Positions 11,979 to 25,202 of a stretch of DNA of 64,000 nt are shown here, piece by piece. The notes below the pieces were generated by a model, which saw only the letters and a program-made list of their open reading frames with translations, was not told where the DNA came from and did not search any database. Source of the stretch: Antechinus flavipes (taxonomy: Eukaryota). Every line of letters starts with the position of its first letter. The stretch's first letter is position 1. The stretch spans positions 181,784,001 to 181,848,000 of the forward strand of contig NC_067401.1 of the NCBI RefSeq assembly GCF_016432865.1. Direction: 5' to 3'. Both the position numbers and the translations under genes were made by a program.

Positions 11979-12112
11979 GGGGCTGCTAGGTGGCACAGTG
12001 GACAGAAAGCACCAGCCCTGAAGTCAGGAGGACCTGAGTTCTTAGCTGTGTGATCCTGGGCAAGTCACTTAACCTCAACTGCGTCACCAAACCAAAAAAA
12101 AAAAAAAAAAAT
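11979..12112 (+). mobile_element. tRNA-derived marsupial SINE (WSINE1-like)
   Basis: GGGGCTGCTAGGTGGCACAGTGG head, poly(A) tail and an 11-bp TSD GGTAACAGCTT (11968-11978 and 12113-12123). Confidence 0.9.
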
Positions 12113-13007
12113 GGTAACAGCTTAATCTCTTTAGCTCCCTTCCCACCAAAAATATAAAAAGGAAAAAAAAAAAACTACAAATACTACAGATAGGAAACAA
12201 GTATTTATCCAAGAAAACAGTGAAAAAGAAACTGAAGAAAGGTAAAGAGATTAGTTTGATGTTAGATTACATACAAAAGTCACTTGGATCAAGATTAAAT
12301 CTCAATTTGATCATAGAGTGAACATTTTTAACAAGCTCTGAGAGTTTCGGATGTTGAAGACATTTTTAGGTGCCTATTTTTCCTATATGCCTGCAACGTT
12401 GGTGAATTCTCCTATTCACCATTCAAATTCTGCACCTTCTGAGTATCACAACACTATTTTTCAGGAGACCATCCAAGCTCATCTGGATAGTGCTACATGG
12501 AAATTCAACAGATATTTACTAACACTTTTTTGTGCAGAGTATTGTTTCAAAGGATCAATCATTATATATTTATAAATTCTTAATAAACTATAAATCCTAA
12601 ATAGGCTCATTCCTCAAGGCTAAATACCTTGCTTACTCTGATGGTTTCAAGAGAACTGGCAAGCTTACAAATTAAGGGGAGTTGACATAGATCCCAGGGA
12701 AGGGGCTGAGCTTGCTTTTTGCCCACCCCAGCTATTCTTAGAGTTTTCATGAGCTGTTCTGTTCAATACCCCCCCACACTCTGAGAAGGGGCTAAAGGTG
12801 TTGAACACCTCATACTTGGAGGTGAATTGATAAGGCTTTCACCTCATCCTCCTTGTTCCACACACAGTAATTACCAATTTTAGGTTTAACATGATGGCAA
12901 TAACTCTAAATAACTTAGTTAACAATTTTAGAATTGTCTTAATTTCTTAGCTGTAGTTTTTAGCCCCTTAAAGAAGTTTTCCTTTTGTATTAGGGAGAAA
13001 ATAAGAC

Positions 13008-13155
13008 TTTTTTTTTTTTTTTGGCTGAGGCAATTGGGGTCAAGTGACTCACTCAGGGTCACACAACTAGGAAGTGTTAACTGAAGCCAGATTTGAACTC
13101 AGGTCCTCCTGACTTCAGGGCTGGTACTCTATCCACTATACCATCTAGCTACCCC
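13008..13155 (-). mobile_element. WSINE1-like SINE
   Basis: Reverse complement of the same head, with poly(T) at the left end. Confidence 0.85.
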
Positions 13156-14382
13156 TACGACAATTCTTAAAATTGAGATAGAACAGATTTTAAAATTGAC
13201 AACTTTAGTTAATGTGATTCCCTAGATTCTGACTAAATGTCCTAGACAAACTGAATTGCAATTTAGTTATTTTCCAATTCATGCAAATCATTTTTTTTGT
13301 GTGTGACACAGTTTTTACTAACAGGGCCCATAAAAGTCTGACTCTAGATAACTCAAAAGCAGGCTATTTGAGTAGCCAGAGTTTTTAAATTAGTAGCAAA
13401 TTGCTTTTCTGTTTTCCTGAAGTTCCAAAACTCTTCTGTTAACACTATCAATGCAAATAGATTACAATTTACATATTCCTTAAATGAGCTTTAATTAGAG
13501 CTCCTTTAAAATTGCTTTAACTATCTTATCTCAAATTTCCAAATTACTTTACATACACATAAAAATCATTTCTCTGTTGGTCATATCTAAAAAAAACATA
13601 GTTATCAAATATGAATAAATTATATACAATAAAGCAATTAATAGTCATATAGCATGTTTAATGCTACACTTTTGCAATCATGTAATCTTTACAACAACTA
13701 TTATTTCTTTTTACAAATCAAAAAACTGGGCAGAGATAAAATAACTTGTCATAAATTATATAGTGAATACGTATCCATAATTGAAACAGAGAATGATGGT
13801 CTCAGCAAATGCAGAACCTGATTGGCTTTCTCACCTCTCTTCCATGCTAGATGGTGCCAGGGATACCCTAATTTTTTCCTGGACAGAATCTGCTGAAAGC
13901 TGGGGTGATTGGTGCCAGGATCTCCCTTTGATGTTAGTTAGTTTTAGGTGCCAGGATTCAGGGAATGCTGACCCTGGAATCTTAACCGCCCCTCTATCCC
14001 TATTTCCTCAAGTTGGGCTGGGGAAGTGTTTGGGCAAGGTTGTATTGGGTCTCCACAGTTTCACTGCTTCCCAGATTTCTACAAACATTCCCCACAACTG
14101 AGATATACTCATGACCACTCATGGTCCCTTAATACCTTCTGGGGTGCTTTCCCAAAAGAATAGAAGTGGACTCTGGAAAAGACAGGAGTCAAGGAAGGTT
14201 AGCAAAAAGTTGCTATTTACCCAGTTTGTGTTTTTTTTTTTCAGAATGGGCTAAATTCCTGGAATTATCCCCAAAGTTTCAGGAATTTTTCTTGCCATCT
14301 TAAAACGATTAATTGTAAAACTTCTTAATCATTGCTCTCAAAACTTTGAGAATCTGTTAAGATGCAATTTTAATGTTAATTA

Positions 14383-14762
14383 CCATATATACTCGAGTAT
14401 AAGCCTAGTTTTTCTGCCCAATTTTTGGGCAGAAAATCCCCTCCTCGGCTTATACTCGAGTCACTAGATAAAACATGTGTAAATATCCCTTTGAATGCCC
14501 CCCTGCTGTGTAGTATACAGCGTGAGTGCCGATTGTGATACTACAGGGCTGGCGTTGCTCCGGTGATGCGGCTATTCCTGTAATATCACAGTCGGTAATA
14601 GGACTATATACTAATGCTGGCAACCGCTCTACATACGTATACCAGCACCCGCTCTCCTCCTCTGCGGGCACCGGTGCGCTATCTAAACCTACTGATATTA
14701 TAAGTTTTCCCAGATTTTTGGGTTAAAATTAGGGGCCTCGGCTTATACTCGAGTATATACGG
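14383..14762. mobile_element. Tc1/mariner-superfamily (Tc2/pogo-like) MITE, 380 bp
   Basis: 23-bp TIRs CCATATATACTCGAGTATAAGCC and GGCTTATACTCGAGTATATACGG (1 mismatch), flanked by TA at 14381-14382 and 14763-14764. Confidence 0.92.
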
Positions 14763-16227
14763 TAGCTAACCTTTTTGTGTAGCTTCCAGCTTGGTCAGAG
14801 CTGAAGTCCATAGAAAAAAAGTTAGGCTTTTTAAGAACTCCTCCCAGCATTCTAACTATAGCATAAAAGTTTTTTTCTGGCGTCCCAGAGAAGATGAAAA
14901 GGTGGCAAAATTTACATAGAAACTTTGCCAAAAATTGCAAGAATTTCCAGCACAGTCAAGTGTGAAGTCCAGGTTAACTCCCTGTTGACCCCAGGATCAG
15001 CCAGAGTCAGGATCAGCACAAGTCCTTGGTCTTTAGGGGGAGAAGTAAAGGAGATGGACGAAACTGCCACAAGCTCTCTTCCTCCTGACCTCCCTTCTCC
15101 TCATTCTCCTCCAAAATGATTCTGGCTTGTCTTCCTCCACCTCCTAATCCCTCCTACAATTATCTGTAAACACCAAAAGAGTCAGCCAGCATAGAATAGT
15201 GGGAAGGGCCACTTTCCAAGCATATGCTAATAGAGCATTGTCCAAAAGGTAATTAGCCTTAAGTGCTTGGTTGTCCCATTCCAGTGCACCTATTCAAAGT
15301 TTTAGCCCTTTATAATCAAGGAAAACTTTCTGAGAATGGAGCTCACTATGACCCAGATAAACCTTCTCCCAGTGGCTTAGGGTGTCCCAATTATAAGATT
15401 GTGGGAGAAAAAATGGTGGTGGTGGTGGTGGTGGTGGAGTGGGGAGGGAGGGAAGGGACTTACCTTGACAAGGAAGAAATCAAGCCAGAGGAGGCCAGAC
15501 TCTCCCCATACTGGGCCCCCAAATGCTTAGGTTGGGAAGAGACCCCAAAAATGTTGAGGGTTATAGACTGGTATTGTGAAGTGTCTCAAAAGAATCTGCA
15601 GCCTTGAACTCATTTCCTAGTCAAGGGACAAAGTTGATTGTAATTGTAATGCCAGTTGAAGCAGTCTAAATTCTATGAGAATATTCAGCAAGGAACCTGA
15701 AACAAGGAGACACATTTATCTGGTTCTTCATGTCATTGATATGCTAATTTTATAGGCTAGGGGTAGAATCAAGGAATAATCTCAAGAATTTGTTATCACA
15801 GACAGTAATGTTTGTAGAACTATTCTAAGGCCAGAAGACTTGAAATCATTAGATTGTTAGAACAATAATCTCAGGATCACCAATACAGCTTTCCTAAAAC
15901 TAAGGGAAGAAATATTATTATATTCCTAAACCAGAGGACTTTTACAATCATTGACAGAACAATAGCATTTTTAGATCAGAGGGCCTCAAGATCAAATTCC
16001 AAAGCCAGAAAATTTAGAATCACTGAACTTGTTAGAACAGAAGCTCCCTAAGGTCAGGGAACCTTAAAATTAATTATTGCTGTCTCCTCTAGAAGCTATA
16101 TTACATAAATACCGCATACTCCCTTAATGATATGTAACAGTGAAATGTAACAGATTTAAGCCTTTAAGCAAGCGAGACCAGCGTAGTAGTCACTGTTACA
16201 TATATAAAATTAATATCCTCTGTTTTA

Positions 16228-16416
16228 GATGTTAGTGGTAGCAAAGCAGGAGTTCAGGTTTTTTAAGGGACTTCAGGTATAGATGCCAAGATTGCCTGTG
16301 AATTTACAGGAGATACTTTTCGAACACCAGTGTTTGTAGATATGCTTGGTCAAGTTTTCAACGGTTCTGGGAAACCTATTGACTGAGGCCCAGTTGTTCT
16401 AACTGAAGACTTTATT
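16228..16416 (+). pseudogene. ATP6V1B2: Processed pseudogene fragment of V-ATPase V1 subunit B
   Basis: Reads [61 protein letters not shown] versus [64 protein letters not shown]. Stops at 16264 and 16384. B2 versus B1 assignment is from memory. Confidence 0.9.
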
Positions 16417-17960
16417 GCCTCTTTAGCAAGGAGGGGTAGTGATAACAAAGAAAGTGAAGCAATACCACAGAACACATGAATCTGGTAGCAATTTCTCAAG
16501 ATTAGATAAACAAGAAGATACTAAAACATATTAAAGATGTTATTCACTGTGACTACATTGTATTTCTACCAAGAATGCAAGATTGCATTTGAGGTAGCTT
16601 AGGTGGTACAGTGGACAGAGTTCAAATCTGACCTCAGACACACTTCCTACCTATGTGACTCTGGGCAAGTCAAGTAACCCCAATTGGCTCAGCAAATAAA
16701 TAAGATAGTTAAAATTAAAATGCAAATTGAGGGAACATATTTTCAAAAATTTTCTTTAAAAAATGGCAAAGTTTAAATATCAAGATTTATAAGTAAATTG
16801 TTCAATAAAGCTTAAACCTGGTTGAAGATTTTTGGGATACTGTATATTTGAATCAGCTTGAACTTTTAACAGTATAAAATGCTGCGGAGACTTTTGGGAT
16901 CCTAGGTATAAAAATTATTTCTTAATAGAAAATGAGTAAATGCATAAGGAATCCAAAAGAAAAACTTGATAGGGGGGAGGAAGTGGAGGGAGCAGAAAAA
17001 AAGAGGGAGAGGAAAGGACCAATGTTGAATGTTTCCTACAAAGACTGTGGTGCAAATTATGAAATACATTTTCTAACATGGTCAGTATGTGCATTGGTTT
17101 TGCTTGACTCTAACTAACCTATTACAAAGGAGGAAATTGGGGAAGGGACCAGATACCTTAGCTAATAATTGTGCCAAACATAGAAGAAATGAAGAGTATT
17201 GGGAACGTTTTAAAAGAACTTATAGAAGATAATAGTGATCAAAAGGAGACTATCAGTAAGTCAAACTGTTGAATCTATTTATTTTAAAAAGAAACAAGTT
17301 ATTCTCACATTCTATGCTCTCTGTTCTTCCTTGTTCATGCCTGTTTTTCCAAGTTCAGAATCACCAGAAAAAAAAATCTTTAAAACAAAAAATAAAATGG
17401 CAAAGAATTTTTAGTTAGAAGGAACCTACTCCAGCTCCCTTCTTTTACAAACGAGCAATCTAGGATTCTGAGAAACTAGTTACTTAAAAAAAAAAAAAAT
17501 ACAGCTAATCCCAGAGGTTTTAACTGAAATAAAACCAGTTTTTCTGATTCACCCTTGTAATGAATAGACAAGGTTCAATGGTTAGAGAGTTATGCTATGG
17601 CTGAGTTGCCAAGCTAAGGGGTTTTGATTTGCATAGTAAAAGCTTTTAAAATCCTTGGCCCTGTACAATGGCCTGCTATTATTTCTCCACTACCCACTCC
17701 ACAAAGTTCAGTAATATTGTCACTCCCCTGCTCAAGAAACTCCCAGTTGTCGCTTGTTCTTCCTAGATCGAGTACTTTTCTAATAAATTAACAATCCTCA
17801 CGCTCTAGTTGGATCCTACTCCTTTATAGGCTTATTATTACATGTCACTATGCTCTCCCTAGAGTTTTTGCTTTCCTTTGTGTCATTTCATTCTCATCTC
17901 TGCCCTTGCAAAGATTGTCAAACAGCTTACAATGATCACTTGTGACATCAACACTTTAAG

Positions 17961-18103
17961 AGGGCAGCTAAGTGGTGCAGTGAATAGAGTACCAGCCCTA
18001 AACTCAGGAGGACCCGAGTTTAAATATGACCTAAAGACACTTAGCAGTTTCTAGCCGTGACCCTGGGCAGGTCACTTAATTCCAACTATCTCAGGGGAAA
18101 AAA
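17961..18103 (+). mobile_element. WSINE1-like SINE
   Basis: AGGGCAGCTAAGTGGTGCAGTG head with A and B boxes. Confidence 0.8.
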
Positions 18104-18239
18104 GGAAACGTCTTATGTTTAAAATATTAAGGTAGACAAGTAATGTGACTTAAAAGACAGTAGCATTCTTTGCACTATCTTCTATAGGCCCTCCCTAAAT
18201 TTTTACTAGGTTACAACTACTGATATTGATAAAGTGGGT

Positions 18240-18255
18240 GGCTCTGAAAAGAGCC
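18240..18255 (-). terminator. Histone 3' stem-loop (H3)
   Basis: GGCTCTGAAAAGAGCC on + is GGCTCTTTTCAGAGCC on -, followed by ACCCA. Confidence 0.97.
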
Positions 18256-18285
18256 TTTGGAGGCGTTTAGGGTTCAGATGGCAAG

Positions 18286-18747
<462 letters not shown>

Positions 18748-18862
18748 TTATTTATAGAGTAAAAGTAAGTTCTGATTGGACCGAGCAACACACACAAATC
18801 CCGAGCTGTGACTCAGGACTGGTTGATAATTCTAGTCTATGTATTCTGGGCATTTTGATTGG
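18748..18862 (-). promoter_or_regulatory. H3 promoter (TATA plus two CCAAT boxes)
   Basis: TATAAATAA on - at ~18748-18756, and ATTGG at 18775 and 18858. Confidence 0.85.
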
Positions 18863-19637
18863 GTAATCATGCATTATGCCCTTCCTCCTTCAATTCTGCA
18901 AACGGTTCCTTTAAGCAGGATAACTTCTTCCAGATACTGATTTTTTTTTTTTTAACGGAGCAAACAGCATTGTCCTGAAAATACATTTTCTGATCCTATA
19001 TATGCTTCCATTGGTCCTCCAAAATTACTAACGTCACGCTAAAGACCAACATGTTTTCTTTGGGTGAAATTTGAAAAAAAAAAAAAAAAACCGCGCTAAC
19101 ACAGGATTGGCCCATTTGTTTGGGCCTTTGTTTCTTTTTCTCCTGCGCATTTTCATCCTCCAGATCTCCCCAGTCTCCCTTTATCAAATGCACTGTACTC
19201 CCCCGCCCACTTAATTTCTCTATGACCTAATCTTTTTTCCAATATTAAAGATTTAGCCCCAAAAAAATTTCCCAGCTGCAGTTGGCTTAGCTTTGAGAAA
19301 CATTTTATCGCAGCTAATATATGACAATCTTGTAATCCCAATACTAAAAAATTCCCATTAATTTCCTAACTGCAGCTAGCTTGAATAACATTCTACCTCA
19401 GCCCATCTACTTGTTTGATTCCCCCTGTGTTGCTTCAGAAGCCACACATTTAAGGAACCTGGAGTTAACGGTTTATATTTTTAACGTTTTAAATGCACCG
19501 GATGTTGATAGTGAGGGGGGAAATGGCTGTTCAAACCTATTAACATATCTAGGACATAGGCCCTCTAGTGTCCTAAATGTTTTACTTAAAGACATGTAAT
19601 CCAACATGCTATCAGCCCTCGTCTTGAATGGATGCGT

Positions 19638-19653
19638 GGCTCTGAAAAGAGCC
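19638..19653 (-). terminator. Histone 3' stem-loop (H2A)
   Basis: GGCTCTGAAAAGAGCC on the + strand. Confidence 0.97.
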
Positions 19654-19710
19654 TTTGGTTTAATAGAGAAGGGCAAGGAAAGTACGTCCTAAAGAACGGA
19701 CAGAGACACT

Positions 19711-20142
<432 letters not shown>

Positions 20143-20165
20143 CTACCTAACGTCAAACAACAGAA

Positions 20166-20341
20166 CCTATTATACCATTTTGTGGTAGGGTAAAGTAGGC
20201 TTTCGGATTGGCTAAAAACAGCTTTCGATAAAGTAGCCAATCACAAAGTAGGTCAAGAATCTGCTTAATTACAGATGCTCTTCCTACTTGGGAAGTTTTA
20301 ACCCAATCAGAGATTAGATAAACTAATCCTTCATTTGCATA
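20166..20341. promoter_or_regulatory. H2A/H2B bidirectional promoter
   Basis: TATA-like element on - at ~20168, ATTGG 20207, AGCCAATCA, CCAAT 20303 and octamer ATTTGCAT 20333. Confidence 0.85.
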
Positions 20342-20439
20342 AAAGTCTTCAAACTTCTGTAACCTTCAGCCTTCCCTTTTTGTTGTTTTTGTAAACTGGG
20401 AAACTAATCTTGTTTTTGTCCCTTTAGTCGTCTCTGGCA

Positions 20440-20670
20440 TCAAAGATTATTTCCAAGAAATTGATTATTAATGTGAAAAATAATAGTAATGAACATTTTA
20501 GAATGTTAGAGGTCTTGAGAAAACCATTGTTTTGCTAACGAAATGAAATCAGAAAGATGTTTCATTTAACTCAACATTGGATCTAGAATACAAACTCAGA
20601 TCTCACTTAAGGTTAGTCCACTACAACTCCACCTTCTACGAAGTGCTGAACAAATTCATCCAAATTTGAG
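20440..20670 (+). pseudogene. Probable heavily decayed H2B remnant
   Basis: TACGAAGTGCTGAA-CAAATTCATCCAAAT (20637-20665) reads YEVL(K)QIHPN versus [19 protein letters not shown] (SKK) at 20452. It sits downstream of the octamer, where the partner H2B is expected. Confidence 0.45.
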
Positions 20671-21044
20671 ACCATATACATAACTTCTCAGAAAGTATCT
20701 CTACCTGGACAGTAATAAATCAACCATAATAGGAACCACAAATTCTAAGGGTTGCAACCTCTATTTAGAACCCAACATGGAATAAGTAATTGGGTTAGGA
20801 TTGGAAAAATTTTTTTAAAAGGCTGTATGTTACAATCTTAATTCATTTAACTTCTATGCAGAGTACAACACGCAAAATTCAAGGCTAGATGAATCAAAAA
20901 CTATAATCAAAGTTGCCAGGGGAAATAACAATCTCAAATATGGAAAATCATACTACTTTGATAGTAGAAAATGAAGAATTAAGAAGCTTTGGAGGAGGAT
21001 AAAAGCCTACTTGAAGGTTAACTTCCTAGAGAGAATATACAATC

Positions 21045-21115
21045 ACTATGGTCAAAGCTATGGTTTTTCCAGTAGCAATGTATGGCTATGAGAAATGGAA
21101 ATAAAGGAAAGCTTT
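21045..21115 (+). mobile_element. RTE LINE fragment
   Basis: GTCAAAGCTATGGTTTTTCCAGTAGCAATGTATGGC reads VKAMVFPVAMYG, typical of RTE/BovB-like RT. Confidence 0.7.
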
Positions 21116-21677
21116 CAGTCTCCCAGTTTTCAGATTCTAAAGTTATTTTTCAAATCTAACTTTTGACTCTTACTAGCTAAGTGATGCTGGCAAGTCACTT
21201 AAACCTCTCTATTTGCCTCAGTTTCCTCATCTGTAAAATGGAGTAATAAATAGCATCTCACTCTTAGAGTTGTTATGAGGATCAAATGAAGTAATAATTG
21301 TAAAAGGCTAAGCATAATTCTTGGCCCATAATAAGCTCTTTATGAATGTTGAGTTTTTATTATTATTATTGAATGCTCATCTTCCTAGCTAAATCCTGAC
21401 AGCTAATCAACATAAGAAATGTATATTGTATTCTTCCCAACATAGCTTAAACAAAACCTTTATTTGCTCATGTCTATTTCCTGAACATTCTCCTTGTTTC
21501 TTTGGACATGTCATTTCCCTTCATGAGTTTTCCCTCCTTGCCAAACCCTGAAAGTAATAGGAATTGTCTGTTACCTTTTCTACCTATGCATTTTACCATG
21601 TACTCCAAATTTGAAGCTTGAGATGAGGAGTGGAGAGCAGAAAGACGCTTAGAACTAATGTTCTTGCTATCTCATCT

Positions 21678-22154
21678 TATAATGCCAGAGAAACTGAGGC
21701 AGGATAGAGATCAGAGAGTTTATAATATTTTATTGAAAGAGAGAGATTGTGCTGATAGCATGATGCCTCCAGAGCTGATGTCCAAAGCATCCAGCAGAGA
21801 ATGTGAGTTCTCATTGACATGGTTATACACAGTAGCTAAACAAAGGCAAGGGGGTGGAGTCCAAACTCTACGGAGCAGGAATCTCCAGGCAGGAACCATC
21901 GGGAGGGGGTAAGGTCTATAAATTCTAACTGGGAGTTAAGGATGTGTCCAGCTTAGAGCCAGGAAGTCTGGATTCCCCTTTATTTTGAGCTTACACATTG
22001 TCAATTTATAACCTTTGAGTTATATCAGTCTTAATGAACTGAAGGCGGGGAAAGGTTGCAACTAAAGGGATTGAGGCAGAACAATTGGGGAAACTGAGGC
22101 AGGACCAATTAGGGAAACTGAGGCAGAACAATAAAAGGGAACTGTGGCACAACA
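21678..22154 (-). mobile_element. Solo LTR (family A)
   Basis: Homologous termini and a perfect 4-bp TSD ATCT (21674-21677 and 22155-22158). Confidence 0.9.
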
Positions 22155-22371
22155 ATCTAATTGCCTTTGCTAAAAGGTAATTGAGCAGACTAATGTTAAT
22201 AGAAAGGACATGCAGTGATAGAGGCTAATGGAAATGTGATTCCTAGACTAAAGTGTTAAGATTGAATACATCTCTGAATCTGATCCATCCTCTGGGAACC
22301 TAATATAATTCAAGTGAAAATTGGGGAGATAGCCCCTGGATGCAGCATTTTATAAATATTCTATGTCTGTA

Positions 22372-22405
<34 letters not shown>

Positions 22406-23824
22406 TTCCAAAACTTTTTAAAAACCTCAAAAGTACCTTACATCATAAGTATTCAATAAACCTTTTAACTTGAATTCTCAATAAATATTGAATATGATAT
22501 TAACATCAAGTTTTCATTTTATAATTTTGTATCCCTTTATATCCCTATAAAATTTTGTATCGCTTGAAGTGAGCTAATTTCTTTGACTTTGGGATCTATT
22601 TCCCATGGGAACTATTAATACCAATTGACATTTTAAGGTTTCCAAAGTATTTACATATATCTTATTTGACCATCCGGAGAACCCTATGAGCAGAAACAAC
22701 TATTATTTCCATTTTACAGATAAGGAAAATGGACCTTCAAGAAGACAAGTGCTTATTCTAAATTCAGAGAATTAATAAGTATTTAAAGTGGATTCACATC
22801 TAGGCCTTGCTGAATCTAAGTCCAGAACTCTATCCACTAAGCCATGCTATTTCAATCTAGTGTTTCTGTAAGTCTTAGTTAGTAACTTGTACTTTTTATA
22901 CAATTCTAGAAATGAAAAAGAATACACAGTAACTTGAACTCAACATCTGTTCTAATTATTCTTGCATTGCCTCAGCATTCATTTTAAGTTTTTTTTTAAT
23001 ATTCTGTATAATATTCTGCTCTTTAAAATTTACTTTATAATTGTACTGAAGTCATTCCAAGTGTTAATGCTCTGTATGAAACTATCTCATGGTGTAACTC
23101 TACTTTCTCTAATAATATAAACTCCTTAAGGAAAGATATGTTTGGGTTTTTTCCCCCCTTAGATTTGACTGCATACCAGACTGCAAATTTCCCTAGAATA
23201 AGATTTTTGATCCATTTCTTTTGTGATTGAATGAAGCTCCTAATACCATATTATTAAAGTAACTGATTATTAATTACCCAATAGTGTAGAATGCTATGGC
23301 TATTTTGGTGGGGATCCAGCTCTATGACAGTGGATGTGTCATGAACATTCATGAACAATGAATTTGATCGTTTCAAAACATTTTTAAAATCCTACAGTGA
23401 GGATAAGTTGAATGGTGGCAACAAGATCTTTCATTCAACATATATGAAGCATGCTATGTTCGGAGATCTGTGCTAAGAGCTGAAAGAGATAGGATAAATA
23501 ATGGGGAAATTATTAATTTGTGAAGAGAGGCAAAATAGCCCTTGCTCTCAAGGAATTTAATTTCTCTTTGTTCAGTATGAACCGTGTTATAACAGTATGT
23601 CCGAGTCCAGAGCTATTCCTCCAATTCTACGTCCACGGATTCTGCATAGCTGGATTCTTTTTAGATTAATGTTAATGATGGGCGGAGTTGACTATAGTCC
23701 GGTTCAAATGAAGTCAAAAACAAATGCTCAAAGCACAGCGAACATCTTTTTTTCCCTCAAAAATAGTTCTGGGCAGGGAATAGACTGGCTTAAAAGATCT
23801 TTTTGACTTCTGTGAAAATGGAGG

Positions 23825-24110
23825 TTTGCGGTCTTGTGCGGTAGTAAAATGGCAGGAAGCCGTTCTGTGCAACGATCATCGCACTGCAGTGTGCTGAACT
23901 TCTAGTCCTGGAAGATAGCCAGTAGCTGTATATTACAATTATTATGGGCCAATCTCCCCCGCCAGGCAATTCCAACAGCTCCAGCATCACGGCTTCCTGA
24001 CCCAGATGTTCAGAACACCTTTATAGAGCAGAATATGCATGCGCCATATTAGAACCAGCAACACCTCTAAACAATTATAATTCCAAGGTTTTGTCCCAGC
24101 TTTTCGCGTC
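23825..24110 (-). pseudogene. Diverged histone H2A pseudogene, divergent partner of the intact H2B
   Basis: Collinear blocks on the minus strand: RMHILLYKG (24043-24018) versus RVHRLLRKG; LELLELPG versus AEILELAG; QLLAIFQD*KFSTL (23928-23887) versus [13 protein letters not shown]; IVAQNGFLP (23876-23850) versus TIAQGGVLP. Confidence 0.8.
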
Positions 24111-24249
24111 CACACGAAAAATACAAATCGAGAGCAGTAAAGTTTAGAGGGAAAAAAATCCCTAATGGAAAGACAGCTTTAGGGCATTCTGATGCAGCAC
24201 TAGGAAGTGAAGAAAATCACTATCATTGGACACGAAGTATAATTACGCA

Positions 24250-24381
24250 ACCAATAGGAAAGCAGGATTGGAATCTGACATTTACATTGGACAATGCTTA
24301 GTCACGATAATCTTACTAAGAATTCTCCAATCAGAAAGGGACCTTGAAGGTACCTCTATTTGCATATGTCCTGTATAAGTA
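24250..24381. promoter_or_regulatory. H2B promoter (bidirectional type)
   Basis: Several CCAAT/ATTGG boxes between 24251 and 24331, octamer ATTTGCAT 24358-24365 and TATAAGTA 24374. Confidence 0.88.
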
Positions 24382-24397
24382 CTAAGTCGCTCTGTAG

Positions 24398-24817
<420 letters not shown>

Positions 24818-24855
24818 GTTGTATTCTGGTGGACTCCTGATTTGAAGAATCCAAA

Positions 24856-24898
24856 GGCTCTTTTAAGAGCCACTTAAATTTTGCTGAAAAAGAACTGT
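24856..24898 (+). terminator. Histone 3' stem-loop and HDE (H2B)
   Basis: GGCTCTTTTAAGAGCC 24856-24871, then AAAAAGAACTGT ~24887-24898. Confidence 0.97.
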
Positions 24899-25129
24899 AA
24901 TTGCCATGTTCCCTTCCTGAACATTCTAAAGATTTGTAAAATGTCAAAGATTATTTTTTTCCTCTTTCCACCCCTTTCAGTTTCTCCCTTTTATTTCCTC
25001 CCTACTCCCAATTCCCTTTATGTAGTGTGTAGAATTGGAGACTAATATTAAGGATAGAAAACCACATATATCCATTCCATTTGGGAGGGATACAGAGGGA
25101 AATATTTTTACTTTCATTTTAAAAGGCTT

Positions 25130-25202
25130 TCTCTGCACGGTGTCTCCTTTCTCTTAGTCTTACCTTCTGTACGGCAGCCAGACTATTGTGTATGACCAGA
25201 TT
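25130..25202 (-). pseudogene. Histone H4 5' remnant
   Basis: Minus strand TCTGGCTGCCGTACAGAAGGTAAG (25182-25159) versus H4 TCTGGCCGCGGTAAAGGAGGTAAG, 20/24 identical. It is followed by ..CACCGT (HR). An H4 site-II-like AATCTGGTC lies just upstream (25202-25194). Confidence 0.55.

Larger units (their letters stand above)
12640..16080 (-). mobile_element. Old ERV internal remnants (gag/pro-like), interrupted
   Basis: The minus strand near 14100-13860 shows a decayed Cys-knuckle-like ...QPCPN motif. Recognised by pattern only, boundaries vague. Confidence 0.35.
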
